Source: a virus. From it: a stretch of DNA of 64,000 bases. Positions 9,774 to 18,086 of this stretch are shown in pieces. Made by a program: the position numbers and the translations under genes. Within the stretch, counting starts at the first letter, position 1, and each line of letters begins with the position of its first letter. The notes below the pieces were generated by a model. The model saw nothing but the letters and a program-made list of their open reading frames with translations, ran no database searches and had not been told where the DNA came from. The stretch spans positions 12,059 to 76,058 of the IMG/VR virus record IMGVR_UViG_3300009151_003928; one strand, 5' to 3'.

Positions 9774-10126
9774 TTAAAGGTATTAACTCATCAGGGCCGT
9801 ACATAAATGTCAGTAACGGAATGCCAGGTAGCCCTTACATTAGTCCAAGAGATAACAATCCTGCTATTGGTATGGTTCGTATGAACGGGCAAAGCCTCGA
9901 AGCATTTGATGGTAGCGGCTGGATATCAATTGCAAACACTTATGCTGACGTTAGTCTAAATGGTGCGGCAATTACAGCTCTAGAATGGTGCCAAAAGAAA
10001 ATGGCCGAAGAATCACGTATCAAAGAACTTGCCGCAAAGAACGTCACAGTAGCAGATGCCCTTGCTCGATTTGAGCAAGCACAAGAGCAACTCCGAATAG
10101 TGTTGACCCTTACAGACCAAGTATAA
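9770..10126 (+). CDS. Hypothetical protein
   Basis: ATGA-coupled ORF. Confidence 0.65.
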   Translation: MIKGINSSGPYINVSNGMPGSPYISPRDNNPAIGMVRMNGQSLEAFDGSGWISIANTYADVSLNGAAITALEWCQKKMAEESRIKELAAKNVTVADALARFEQAQEQLRIVLTLTDQV

Positions 10127-10129
10127 AAC

Positions 10130-10174
10130 TGTTGCTTTTCTGCAACAGACCATAAAATCCCATTAATGTATAAT
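10130..10174 (+). promoter_or_regulatory. Early promoter with TGT-N12-ACA dyad, copy 1
   Basis: TGTTGC-TTTTCT-GCAACA overlapping CAGACC-17-TATAAT. Confidence 0.75.
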
Positions 10175-10206
10175 ACTAGTATCTTTAATGATTCTAGGTA
10201 TTCAAC

Positions 10207-12594
10207 ATGAAACGTAAACTGCTATACACACTGATGTTTGGCACCGTAATTGTGCTAACTGCCTGCGGAGGCGGAGGCGGAGGCGGAGGCGGAAGTCCAT
10301 CGTACGTTCAGCCTAGCACAAATGCTTCAATACAAACTGTTGCGAAATCAGTTAATCCTTTATCTGGCGCCGCCGGTTTTATATATTCCACTGTGAATAT
10401 GTACAATGCCGATTTAACCGGAAATGGCACTGATAATATTGTTGTAGCCGGATCAAGCACAACTAATACCAGTAGCGTCATGAAAGTGTTTGGTTGGTCT
10501 GGTACCAACTTAGTTGATCAAACTGCACAATGGTTTATCCCAGGCGATAATATTATTAGTCCTGGTGCGGCTAAACTGTCTTTTGGTAACTTTAACGGCA
10601 ACGGACGGCAAAGTATGTTTGTTGATCCAGGCACTGACAGTAATGGTGCTCCGGCAACTTCGGTATCTGTTTTTGTCAACAACGGCAGTCGGTTTACCAA
10701 ATATAGTATTGCACTATCACACTCACTGGATAGTATGGACAGTACTACCTTTACCTATAACGGCGTTGACAATGTCTTGGCCCTAGGCTATCCATACTCA
10801 CAGGCCATTATGGGAAGTACCACTAATGACTTTAGAGCTTACGCTGTCAGTAACTTGTCAGGTAGTGCTATTGCTAGTGGTAATTTCTTAGGCACAGGTG
10901 ATCCAAGTTTTGTAGTAGGACAATTTGGATCATCAATTACCTTGGGTGCGACTCCTAATGCATTAGTTGGATTCAGTCAAGACGCCGGAACCGGTGCAGT
11001 TACTACACCGTTTATTCGCAACTTGCCGGTTCCGCTATTTAATACAGCACCGTACTTTGCACAAACTGGCGGCAGTAATACCATCCGTGTTGTTAAATAC
11101 GACTTTGACGGCTCAGGCGCAGACAGCGTGTTTATTACTGCTATGCCAAACAACTGGCAACTAAGCCCATATCAATCTAGTATACAATTCCTCAAAAACA
11201 ACGGAGCTGGTATATTTACAGACGTAACACCGGCCACAGTATCCGGATATGATATGACCAAGGCCGCAAGTACAAATCCAATTATTGCCGACATTTATAA
11301 TACCGGTTTACCTGCAATTATATTACCAGCAACAAATGGTACACAGGTACTTGCACAAGTCAGTCGTGGACAGTATGTAGCAAGTATGGCCAATACTATT
11401 ACCACTTTCCAAAACAATGTTAATAGTTTGGTGGGTAGTAGCCTAGATACCCAAGGCGGAACTACTACTTTTGTTAAAGGGCCAAACAATGCCTTTTATT
11501 TATTAGATATGGTTCCACTAAATATGCCAGATGGTTCTAGTCAGAAGGGTTTTTATTTAACACCACTTAGCACCAGTACGGTTGCTACTAATGCTCAAAG
11601 CGCCATTAATCTTGCTCGTACCGTATGGCCTTGGTTAAATGACGTTCAGCTTAATGCAATGATTCGAGCAACAGGCACAAATTTTGCCGGCATAACTGTC
11701 ATTGACGAACAAGCATTATTTTCTCCCACTGGACCATTGGGTATATTTAATCGTCCTATCTCGGGTTATATTGCTGGTCTACAAACAGATGGTGCAGATT
11801 CACAATTAATTACCACTGATAGATTAGGTCGTACCTTTACCGCTAGCCTTGCTCCATTACATGCAAATGGGTGGACTAATTCATTTAACATGAACGGTGA
11901 GCACATTGACCAACATGAATTGTCTGGCCACACTGAATATTTAATTGCTGGTAATGTTAACAATGTTGGACCATTGCGTGTTGGTAGTGAAACTCGCAAC
12001 ATGTACAATACTGTTGGCAACGATCCCGGTGTTGGGCCTACACTAAATCAAATTAAAAATTATACAATCGGTATTCCTCGAATATGGGAAAAAGGAAATT
12101 GGTCAGCGGGCGCACAGTACACTACACTTAGTTATAATCCTTGGTTGGCATTCGGCGGCAGTTGGGGTATGGTCACCCAGACTGGCAACTTAGACCATAC
12201 TATCAGATATAACAATAAAGGCTTTACTGCTGTAGCCGGCGGCACGTATACTACTACAAATATCACACCAGGGTTGATTACCAAGGTAAATGATATCTAT
12301 GGTGTGTGGGGCGAAACTGGATATAAATGGGCAAACGACCTAGGTATCTATGCTGGTGTTAAACCTATTGCAATACGAGGAAATGTTGAAGCAAAGTTAC
12401 CAACTAGTGTTGACACCGGGGGTAATTTAGTGTATACTGGTAAAACATTAGCACTTCAGAATCAGACTACAGGATATTTAAGAGCACTTTGGACTACTAA
12501 CATTGATAAGAAAACTATGTATCGTATCAGTGGAACTGTAATGAGCAACGGGCAATCACGTATAATGAACGAATTGAGGTATTTCTTTGATTAA
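10207..12594 (+). CDS. Lipoprotein with FG-GAP/VCBS-like repeats and predicted C-terminal beta-barrel-like domain
   Basis: Lipobox LTAC then Gly9; repeats DLTGNGTD, NFNGNGRQ, NFLGTGDP, DFDGSGAD; amphipathic strands ending RYFFD. Confidence 0.7.
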   Translation: MKRKLLYTLMFGTVIVLTACGGGGGGGGGSPSYVQPSTNASIQTVAKSVNPLSGAAGFIYSTVNMYNADLTGNGTDNIVVAGSSTTNTSSVMKVFGWSGTNLVDQTAQWFIPGDNIISPGAAKLSFGNFNGNGRQSMFVDPGTDSNGAPATSVSVFVNNGSRFTKYSIALSHSLDSMDSTTFTYNGVDNVLALGYPYSQAIMGSTTNDFRAYAVSNLSGSAIASGNFLGTGDPSFVVGQFGSSITLGATPNALVGFSQDAGTGAVTTPFIRNLPVPLFNTAPYFAQTGGSNTIRVVKYDFDGSGADSVFITAMPNNWQLSPYQSSIQFLKNNGAGIFTDVTPATVSGYDMTKAASTNPIIADIYNTGLPAIILPATNGTQVLAQVSRGQYVASMANTITTFQNNVNSLVGSSLDTQGGTTTFVKGPNNAFYLLDMVPLNMPDGSSQKGFYLTPLSTSTVATNAQSAINLARTVWPWLNDVQLNAMIRATGTNFAGITVIDEQALFSPTGPLGIFNRPISGYIAGLQTDGADSQLITTDRLGRTFTASLAPLHANGWTNSFNMNGEHIDQHELSGHTEYLIAGNVNNVGPLRVGSETRNMYNTVGNDPGVGPTLNQIKNYTIGIPRIWEKGNWSAGAQYTTLSYNPWLAFGGSWGMVTQTGNLDHTIRYNNKGFTAVAGGTYTTTNITPGLITKVNDIYGVWGETGYKWANDLGIYAGVKPIAIRGNVEAKLPTSVDTGGNLVYTGKTLALQNQTTGYLRALWTTNIDKKTMYRISGTVMSNGQSRIMNELRYFFD
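10267..10293 (+). repeat. (GGAGGC)4 hexamer repeat encoding the poly-Gly linker
   Basis: ggaggc x4 plus gga read directly. Confidence 0.9.
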
Positions 12595-13048
12595 TAAACT
12601 ACTTAACTGGCTAGACAAGATTGGACGTAAACGTATTATTATGGATCGTATAAACGACGAACCATACCTAGAACGTTACTATGTATTCCTTAAGGATCGC
12701 GAACGTTTTCCCTTTAATGTGTTCTTACACAAGTTTCTCAAAAGCGATCCAGATGATGTGCATGATCATCCCTGGAACTATGCCACACTTATTCTCAAGG
12801 GCGGCTATTGGGAATGGATTCCGCAATTCAATCACGAAGGTAAAATGACCTGTGAAGTGGCAAAATGGCGTGGGATGGGACACTTTCGTATTTGTGATGC
12901 AACCAGTTATCATCGTATAGAAATAGATCCGGGGGTTGATACATGGACGCTGTTTATGCCCATGTGGAAAAGAAAAGATTGGGGTTTTTGGACTCGCAAG
13001 GGTTGGGTACAACACGAAGCATATTTACAATCAAGGGCAACAAAATGA
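12587..13048 (+). CDS. Cupin-like conserved phage protein
   Basis: HKF..SD....HDHPW...YWE...YHRI. Confidence 0.65.
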   Translation: MINKLLNWLDKIGRKRIIMDRINDEPYLERYYVFLKDRERFPFNVFLHKFLKSDPDDVHDHPWNYATLILKGGYWEWIPQFNHEGKMTCEVAKWRGMGHFRICDATSYHRIEIDPGVDTWTLFMPMWKRKDWGFWTRKGWVQHEAYLQSRATK

Positions 13049-13134
13049 AATTAAGCGAAATTATTACTATGGGTATTTTTGCAATTATCTTGGTTGCATT
13101 TATTATATATCAACATGGGCATTTTATAAAATGA
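13045..13134 (+). CDS. 29-aa membrane peptide
   Basis: MKLSEIITMGIFAIILVAFIIYQHGHFIK, ATGA-coupled at both ends. Confidence 0.5.
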   Translation: MKLSEIITMGIFAIILVAFIIYQHGHFIK

Positions 13135-13457
13135 TACAACTTCCGCCCGGTTGTTGTGTGGCATATGAAATTCGTTTTACTGTGGGAGAACTTACAGATG
13201 AAATTGGTGAATGGTTTAATATGATTGGTGGGACTGCTACTAAGAAACAGTATTGGGATCATCGAGGTCGCGAACAATTTACAGTTCATGTACAATACGG
13301 TAAAGCAAAACCTAGTCACAGATTAGCAAATGGCGAAGTTCATAATATTATAAGATTCGATGGCACAGATGCTAGTACTGCAAGCATGTTCTTGCTCAAG
13401 TTCATGGATCAAATCGTTTCACACAATTTAAAGGAAGCAGAACATTATGTCTATTAG
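13131..13457 (+). CDS. Hypothetical protein
   Basis: Start moved to ATG 13131 (MIQLPPGC). Confidence 0.65.
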   Translation: MIQLPPGCCVAYEIRFTVGELTDEIGEWFNMIGGTATKKQYWDHRGREQFTVHVQYGKAKPSHRLANGEVHNIIRFDGTDASTASMFLLKFMDQIVSHNLKEAEHYVY

Positions 13458-14010
13458 AAAAATATACTACAAAGAATCAACCGTCAGGGGTTGGGTACAC
13501 GAAATTGTTCGTGGCATGTCTGCAGACCAATGGCGACCAGACTACATTGTGGGACTCACCCGCGGCGGCCTAGTTCCTGCTACCATGCTAAGTCATTATT
13601 TAGATGTGCGTATGGAAACTCTTAAAGTAAGTTTGCGTGATGATAGCGAAATGGGCCCAGAAAGTAACTTGTGGATGGCCGAGGATGCGTTTGGATATGT
13701 AAGCACCGATGTTGTTCCTAGGCCGGCCAATTCCATTGCATCAGATCCTGCTACACGCAAGAACATTCTTATCGTTGATGATATTAACGATTCAGGTGCC
13801 ACGCTCAACTGGATCAAGCAGGATTGGCAAAGCGGGTGTTTGCCCAACGATTCTGGATGGGACAACATCTGGGGTTATAACGTTCGTGTTGCTGTGTTAA
13901 TTAATAACGAAGCAAGCGATTTTAAAGACGTAGACTATGTGGGGTTAACCATTAACAAAATGGAAGAACCTGTTTGGTGCGTATTTCCTTGGGAGGAGTG
14001 GTGGCATTAA
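13447..14010 (+). CDS. Purine phosphoribosyltransferase-like protein
   Basis: IVGLTRGGLVPA, LIVDDINDSGAT PRPP loop, VFPWE. Confidence 0.9.
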   Translation: MSIRKIYYKESTVRGWVHEIVRGMSADQWRPDYIVGLTRGGLVPATMLSHYLDVRMETLKVSLRDDSEMGPESNLWMAEDAFGYVSTDVVPRPANSIASDPATRKNILIVDDINDSGATLNWIKQDWQSGCLPNDSGWDNIWGYNVRVAVLINNEASDFKDVDYVGLTINKMEEPVWCVFPWEEWWH

Positions 14011-14363
14011 AAGATTTTTACCTAGACGAAACACTAGAATGGCATATAACCACACACCGAGAGTGGAATAGTTACTTGTCTAAAGAAACGGTCACCGACG
14101 AAGACCTGGTTGAAGTAATCAAAGGGCACGGTGGTTGTAGTATAACCGGCAGTGACGACGGTCCGGAGTTCAAAGCCCTACGTAACCAATTGGAAGAAAT
14201 GGGTTACATCAAATGTGAACGCAATTGGTGGAATGGTGATCGTGTGATAAGGACATTTCGATTAAATGGATTACGTTTTAAAAAAGACACACAATTTTCA
14301 TCTGGGGCGGCGTTAAAGTTTCATATGGATTTTTTAAGAAAACATCCGGAGTACGCAGAATGA
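13974..14363 (+). CDS. Hypothetical protein
   Basis: ORF track; exact start uncertain. Confidence 0.6.
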   Translation: MVRISLGGVVALKDFYLDETLEWHITTHREWNSYLSKETVTDEDLVEVIKGHGGCSITGSDDGPEFKALRNQLEEMGYIKCERNWWNGDRVIRTFRLNGLRFKKDTQFSSGAALKFHMDFLRKHPEYAE

Positions 14364-14515
14364 TACTTGTTGGAACATGGGTTGTTGTAGGATTCTTTAG
14401 TGCCATCGGGTGGTACGGTGCTAACTATTATGTTATTACTCCATATTTGCCTGAACCGGTGTTTAAAGAAAAACGAGTAGAAGAAACAAAACCAAAACAG
14501 GATGATGCTAAATAG
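14360..14515 (+). CDS. 51-aa membrane protein (not in ORF track)
   Basis: MILVGTWVVVGFFSAIGWYGANYY...; ATGA-coupled. Confidence 0.6.
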   Translation: MILVGTWVVVGFFSAIGWYGANYYVITPYLPEPVFKEKRVEETKPKQDDAK

Positions 14516-14530
14516 TATTATCCCACAAAC

Positions 14531-14594
14531 AGCGGCCTTCGGCGTTCATCCCGCTTTACAAACTCTGCCGCCTATGCTATAATTAACATAGGAG
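14531..14594 (+). ncRNA. Structured queD leader: preQ1-I-like H-type pseudoknot followed by an SD-occluding hairpin
   Basis: AGCGG/CCGCU stem; loop CGGC pairs with downstream GCCG; CCUAUG/CAUAGG covers part of AGGAG. Confidence 0.5.
14555..14583 (+). promoter_or_regulatory. Sigma70 promoter inside the queD leader
   Basis: TTTACA-17-TATAAT with extended TG. Confidence 0.7.
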
Positions 14595-14601
14595 ATCAAG
14601 C

Positions 14602-15102
14602 ATGAATCAAGCAATACAATACAAGTACACAAGTACAAAAGAATACCATAACGCATTTCCCTGCGCTTATCGTCAATGGCGTGCCGATAGTCATTGTAAC
14701 CTAAATCACGGGTATGCATTTAGTATGAAGTTCTATTTTGGAACTGATACACTAGATGTGCGTAACTGGGCGGCCGATTACGGTGGGCTTAAAGAACTTA
14801 AGGCCATCTTGGAAAGTCAATTTGACCACACTACCTTGGTAGCACAAGATGATCCAGAACTTGAATTCTACAAAGAAATGGAACGTCGTAAGTTGGCCAA
14901 ACTAACTATACTGCCAGCATTGGGTTGTGAAGCACTTGCTGATCAACTGTACAAATTTATCAATGGTGTTTACATTCCAGATAACTGGGGACCGGGCGAA
15001 GCTAGTCGACTTTGGTGTTATCGTGTGGAAGTTCGTGAAACACAAAGCAACATGGCTTTCCGTGAAGGCCATCGTGAATGGAATGAAGATCTATTTGCTT
15101 AA
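14602..15102 (+). CDS. queD: 6-carboxy-5,6,7,8-tetrahydropterin synthase
   Basis: SHCNLNHGY, DYGGLK, FDHTTL, GCEAL, VRET. Confidence 0.9.
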   Translation: MNQAIQYKYTSTKEYHNAFPCAYRQWRADSHCNLNHGYAFSMKFYFGTDTLDVRNWAADYGGLKELKAILESQFDHTTLVAQDDPELEFYKEMERRKLAKLTILPALGCEALADQLYKFINGVYIPDNWGPGEASRLWCYRVEVRETQSNMAFREGHREWNEDLFA

Positions 15103-15259
15103 AGTATGGAGACTTTGGGCAAAAGCCCTAGGTGAAAAAACAGGTAATACGGATGCAGAAGCAGACCGTATTGCTTGCATTCGTAGTGTAATTGTGTTAA
15201 TATACATTGTTACAAACTTTTTTATAATTGCGGGCGTATTACGACATTGGAATGACTGA
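15083..15259 (+). CDS. Small conserved phage membrane protein
   Basis: WRLWAKALGEK...NFFIIAGVLRHW. Confidence 0.65.
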   Translation: MKIYLLKVWRLWAKALGEKTGNTDAEADRIACIRSVIVLIYIVTNFFIIAGVLRHWND

Positions 15260-15521
15260 TAAAATAAATGAAATTCTAGATATCCTCCAGGAGGAGTGTG
15301 CCGAAGTAATTGTTGCCATTAGCAAGATTCGCCGATTTGGAATTGACAACACATATAAAGATGGCGGAACACAACGTGAGCACTTGGTTCAAGAGCTTGG
15401 TGATGTTACACTACTAATTGAATTGCTTCAAGCACACGGTGTTTACACCGAACAAGAACTAATCAACGCACAACGCCGAAAGGCAGTAAAATTAACTAAA
15501 TGGTCAAAGATATATGAGTAA
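15252..15521 (+). CDS. MazG-like NTP pyrophosphohydrolase
   Basis: LQEECAEV...QELGDV. Confidence 0.8.
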   Translation: MTDKINEILDILQEECAEVIVAISKIRRFGIDNTYKDGGTQREHLVQELGDVTLLIELLQAHGVYTEQELINAQRRKAVKLTKWSKIYE

Positions 15522-16395
15522 AATCAAAATAGCAGAATTATTTTATAGCATACAAGGCGAAGGCCGTTACATGGGTGTACCAAGTGTTTTCTTGCGTACA
15601 TTTGGATGTAATTTTAAATGTGCTGGCTTTGGTATGCCACGTGGCGAATCTAGCCACGAGGCTACTGATATTGCGGCCACACACAAAATGATTGAGTCTT
15701 TTCAAAAGTATGAAGACTTGCCCTTAGTTAGTACAGGCTGTGACAGCTATGCTAGTTGGCATCCAGACTTTAAAGACCTGAGTCCAATGCTTGAAAGCAA
15801 CGCTATTGTTAATCGAATTATGGAAATACTTCCACATAAACGTTGGGAAGAAGAACATTTGGTTATTACAGGTGGTGAACCATTACTAGGGTGGCAACGT
15901 GCTTATGAAGATTTGTTAGAACATCCAAGTATGTGGCGGTTGCGTGAAATTACATTTGAAACAAACGGAACTCAACGATTGTCCGATGACTTTAAAAAGT
16001 ATTTGTTTAAATGGTTAAAAGATGAACACAAAGAGTCCGTTGGTGCTACTAGTCCGCGAGTGATTACATTTAGTGTAAGTGCTAAACTACCATGTTCAGG
16101 CGAATCGTGGGATGAAGCAATTCTACCCAAGGTTGTTTGCGAATACGAATGGTATGGTACAGCATATCTTAAATTTGTTATTGCTAACGAAGCAGATTTT
16201 AAAGATGCTGAGTGTGCCATTGCGGCTTATCGCAAAGAAGGATTTAAAGGACATGTTTACTTAATGCCAGTAGGTGGTGTGGAAAGTGTGTACGCAATGA
16301 ACAATAAGAATGTAGCATTGTTGGCTATGAAAAACGGACTACGCTATAGCGATCGATTACAAGTTCCATTATTTAAAAATGAGTGGGGTACTTAA
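15514..16395 (+). CDS. queE: 7-carboxy-7-deazaguanine synthase (radical SAM)
   Basis: ELFYSIQGEG, FLRTFGCNFKC, CDS, ITGGEP, ETNGT, LKFV, RLQ. Confidence 0.9.
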   Translation: MSKIKIAELFYSIQGEGRYMGVPSVFLRTFGCNFKCAGFGMPRGESSHEATDIAATHKMIESFQKYEDLPLVSTGCDSYASWHPDFKDLSPMLESNAIVNRIMEILPHKRWEEEHLVITGGEPLLGWQRAYEDLLEHPSMWRLREITFETNGTQRLSDDFKKYLFKWLKDEHKESVGATSPRVITFSVSAKLPCSGESWDEAILPKVVCEYEWYGTAYLKFVIANEADFKDAECAIAAYRKEGFKGHVYLMPVGGVESVYAMNNKNVALLAMKNGLRYSDRLQVPLFKNEWGT

Positions 16396-16623
16396 TTGCC
16401 AATACCTGGCATGGACTGGAAATCTGAAGCATTCCGAGCTCGATCTATTTGGCGGCTGAGATTTGTATGGAAGCCACGACGTAGTGCTATAACTGGTCGC
16501 TGGTTATGGCTACGCTATGCGTATGAAGGGACAGCAATGTACACTGGACCGGGTGAAGCTGTATTTGAGTTCAGGTACCACGAGCCTGCGGAACATATTA
16601 TTTGGCAATTAAAAGGAAATTAA
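16396..16623 (+). CDS. Hypothetical protein
   Basis: ORF track; W/R-rich. Confidence 0.55.
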   Translation: MPIPGMDWKSEAFRARSIWRLRFVWKPRRSAITGRWLWLRYAYEGTAMYTGPGEAVFEFRYHEPAEHIIWQLKGN

Positions 16624-16709
16624 AATGACACAAGATCAAGTATTATTAGCAGTAGGTGTATGGTTGAGCTTGATGGTACTAGCACAACATTGGATTTAAG
16701 GAAAATATT

Positions 16710-17117
16710 ATGGGAATGTTTGATCGATTAAAAGGCATTATAAAGAAACCCGAAGTAAAGGAAGAAGCTCCCAAGGCCGAACCAAAGACTAAGAAAAAGT
16801 CTGCTAAGGATATTGCTACAGAAAACGGGGAGCCGTGGGTTAGTGTATTAAGCGTAGAGCTTGATCCAGAGAATATTGGCAATGGTGCGTTTGAATTAGA
16901 CTGGAATGATAAGTTTATTGCTAATCTAGTACGTGCCGGGTATCAGCAAAAGAAGGACGACACAGATGCAGACATGGTAGACCGTTGGTTTGCCGATGTA
17001 TGCAAAAATGTTATTGCAGAAAATTACGAACAGTGGGAAGCCAATCAACCAATTGATGCTAGACCAAGAGAAATCAATCGCAGAGACATTGGCGATGGTA
17101 GAACGGAAGTAAGTTAA
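16710..17117 (+). CDS. Conserved hypothetical phage protein
   Basis: FELDWNDKF...VDRWF; SD aagga. Confidence 0.7.
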   Translation: MGMFDRLKGIIKKPEVKEEAPKAEPKTKKKSAKDIATENGEPWVSVLSVELDPENIGNGAFELDWNDKFIANLVRAGYQQKKDDTDADMVDRWFADVCKNVIAENYEQWEANQPIDARPREINRRDIGDGRTEVS

Positions 17118-17320
17118 TGACTGCATTAAAAACAAAACAAAAAGAACAAGCAGAATCAGATGCCGCAATAGCTGAATTTCTTGCCAAAGGCGGAGTAATA
17201 CAAAAACTTGATTATAACGCAACAGGTTGGGTAGAAGGTCAGACCCAAATCTATGGTATGCCGCGTAGAGGAGCAGGAAGACCCAAAACACCAGAGGTCC
17301 CGGTAGATTCAACAGAATGA
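17117..17320 (+). CDS. Small protein (IAEFLAKGGVIQK motif)
   Basis: Coupled ORF; motif common in small phage/bacterial proteins. Confidence 0.6.
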   Translation: MTALKTKQKEQAESDAAIAEFLAKGGVIQKLDYNATGWVEGQTQIYGMPRRGAGRPKTPEVPVDSTE

Positions 17321-18063
17321 TAGTATATGTAAATGGCGACAGTCACAGCGCCGGCGCAGAAGCGTTAAATCTACACGCATTTGCCGAAGACGATGGTCTA
17401 TACTACGGACTAGGTCGTAAACCCCACCCCGAAAATCTTAAAGTTAGCTATGGATGTAATATAGCAAACGAGTTACACGCTATTCTTGAGTGTGATGCTG
17501 AAAGTGCTAGTAGCAACGACCGCATACTTAGAACTACATGGGATAGGATACAAGGTGTACAAGGGCTACCAACCAATCCTCCAAATTTAGTTATAATTGG
17601 TTGGAGTACATGGGAACGTGAAGAATGGACACACAACGGAGTAACCTATCAAGTTACTGCTAGTGGTACAGATGATGTTCCAGATGAACTTAAAACTCGT
17701 TATAAGGAATGGGTCATTGATCAACACAATTCATCGGTTGTTAACAAAAAATTAGTCAATATCCACGAGCGCATAGCCAACTTACATATTTCATTACTAG
17801 ATAAAAAGATACCACATATATTTTTTAATACGTTTACATCGTTTAGTAATATTCGAAATCTTAGACATTTGGGTGCCGAAGAAATAGATTGGGACGGATG
17901 CTACATAGGACCGTACGATGAAGATCTTACTTATTATAATTGGTTAAAAGCCCAAGGATTCCAAACTGCAACTCCTACTAGCTACCATTTTCGGGCAGAT
18001 GCCCATCTTGCTTGGTCTGAATACTTGCTCCAAAATTATGTCCAAAAGATATTGACAAGTTAA
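17317..18063 (+). CDS. SGNH/GDSL-like protein
   Basis: NGDSHS, SSNDRI, IIGWS...REE, terminal H...AH. Confidence 0.7.
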   Translation: MIVYVNGDSHSAGAEALNLHAFAEDDGLYYGLGRKPHPENLKVSYGCNIANELHAILECDAESASSNDRILRTTWDRIQGVQGLPTNPPNLVIIGWSTWEREEWTHNGVTYQVTASGTDDVPDELKTRYKEWVIDQHNSSVVNKKLVNIHERIANLHISLLDKKIPHIFFNTFTSFSNIRNLRHLGAEEIDWDGCYIGPYDEDLTYYNWLKAQGFQTATPTSYHFRADAHLAWSEYLLQNYVQKILTS

Positions 18064-18080
18064 TCATTAAATGCTATTAT
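18052..18080 (+). promoter_or_regulatory. Sigma70 promoter giving a probable leaderless mRNA
   Basis: TTGACA-17-TATTAT (extended TG), ATG 6 nt downstream, no SD. Confidence 0.75.
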
Positions 18081-18086
18081 AACTAC

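Noticed and set aside
10267-10293. Phase-variable ON/OFF switch at the GGAGGC repeat
   Set aside because: The unit is 6 bp, so slippage changes linker length without shifting frame.
16625-16699. 24-aa hydrophobic ORF MTQDQVLLAVGVWLSLMVLAQHWI
   Set aside because: It has an SD but is too short to distinguish a real peptide from a truncated remnant; not listed as a feature.
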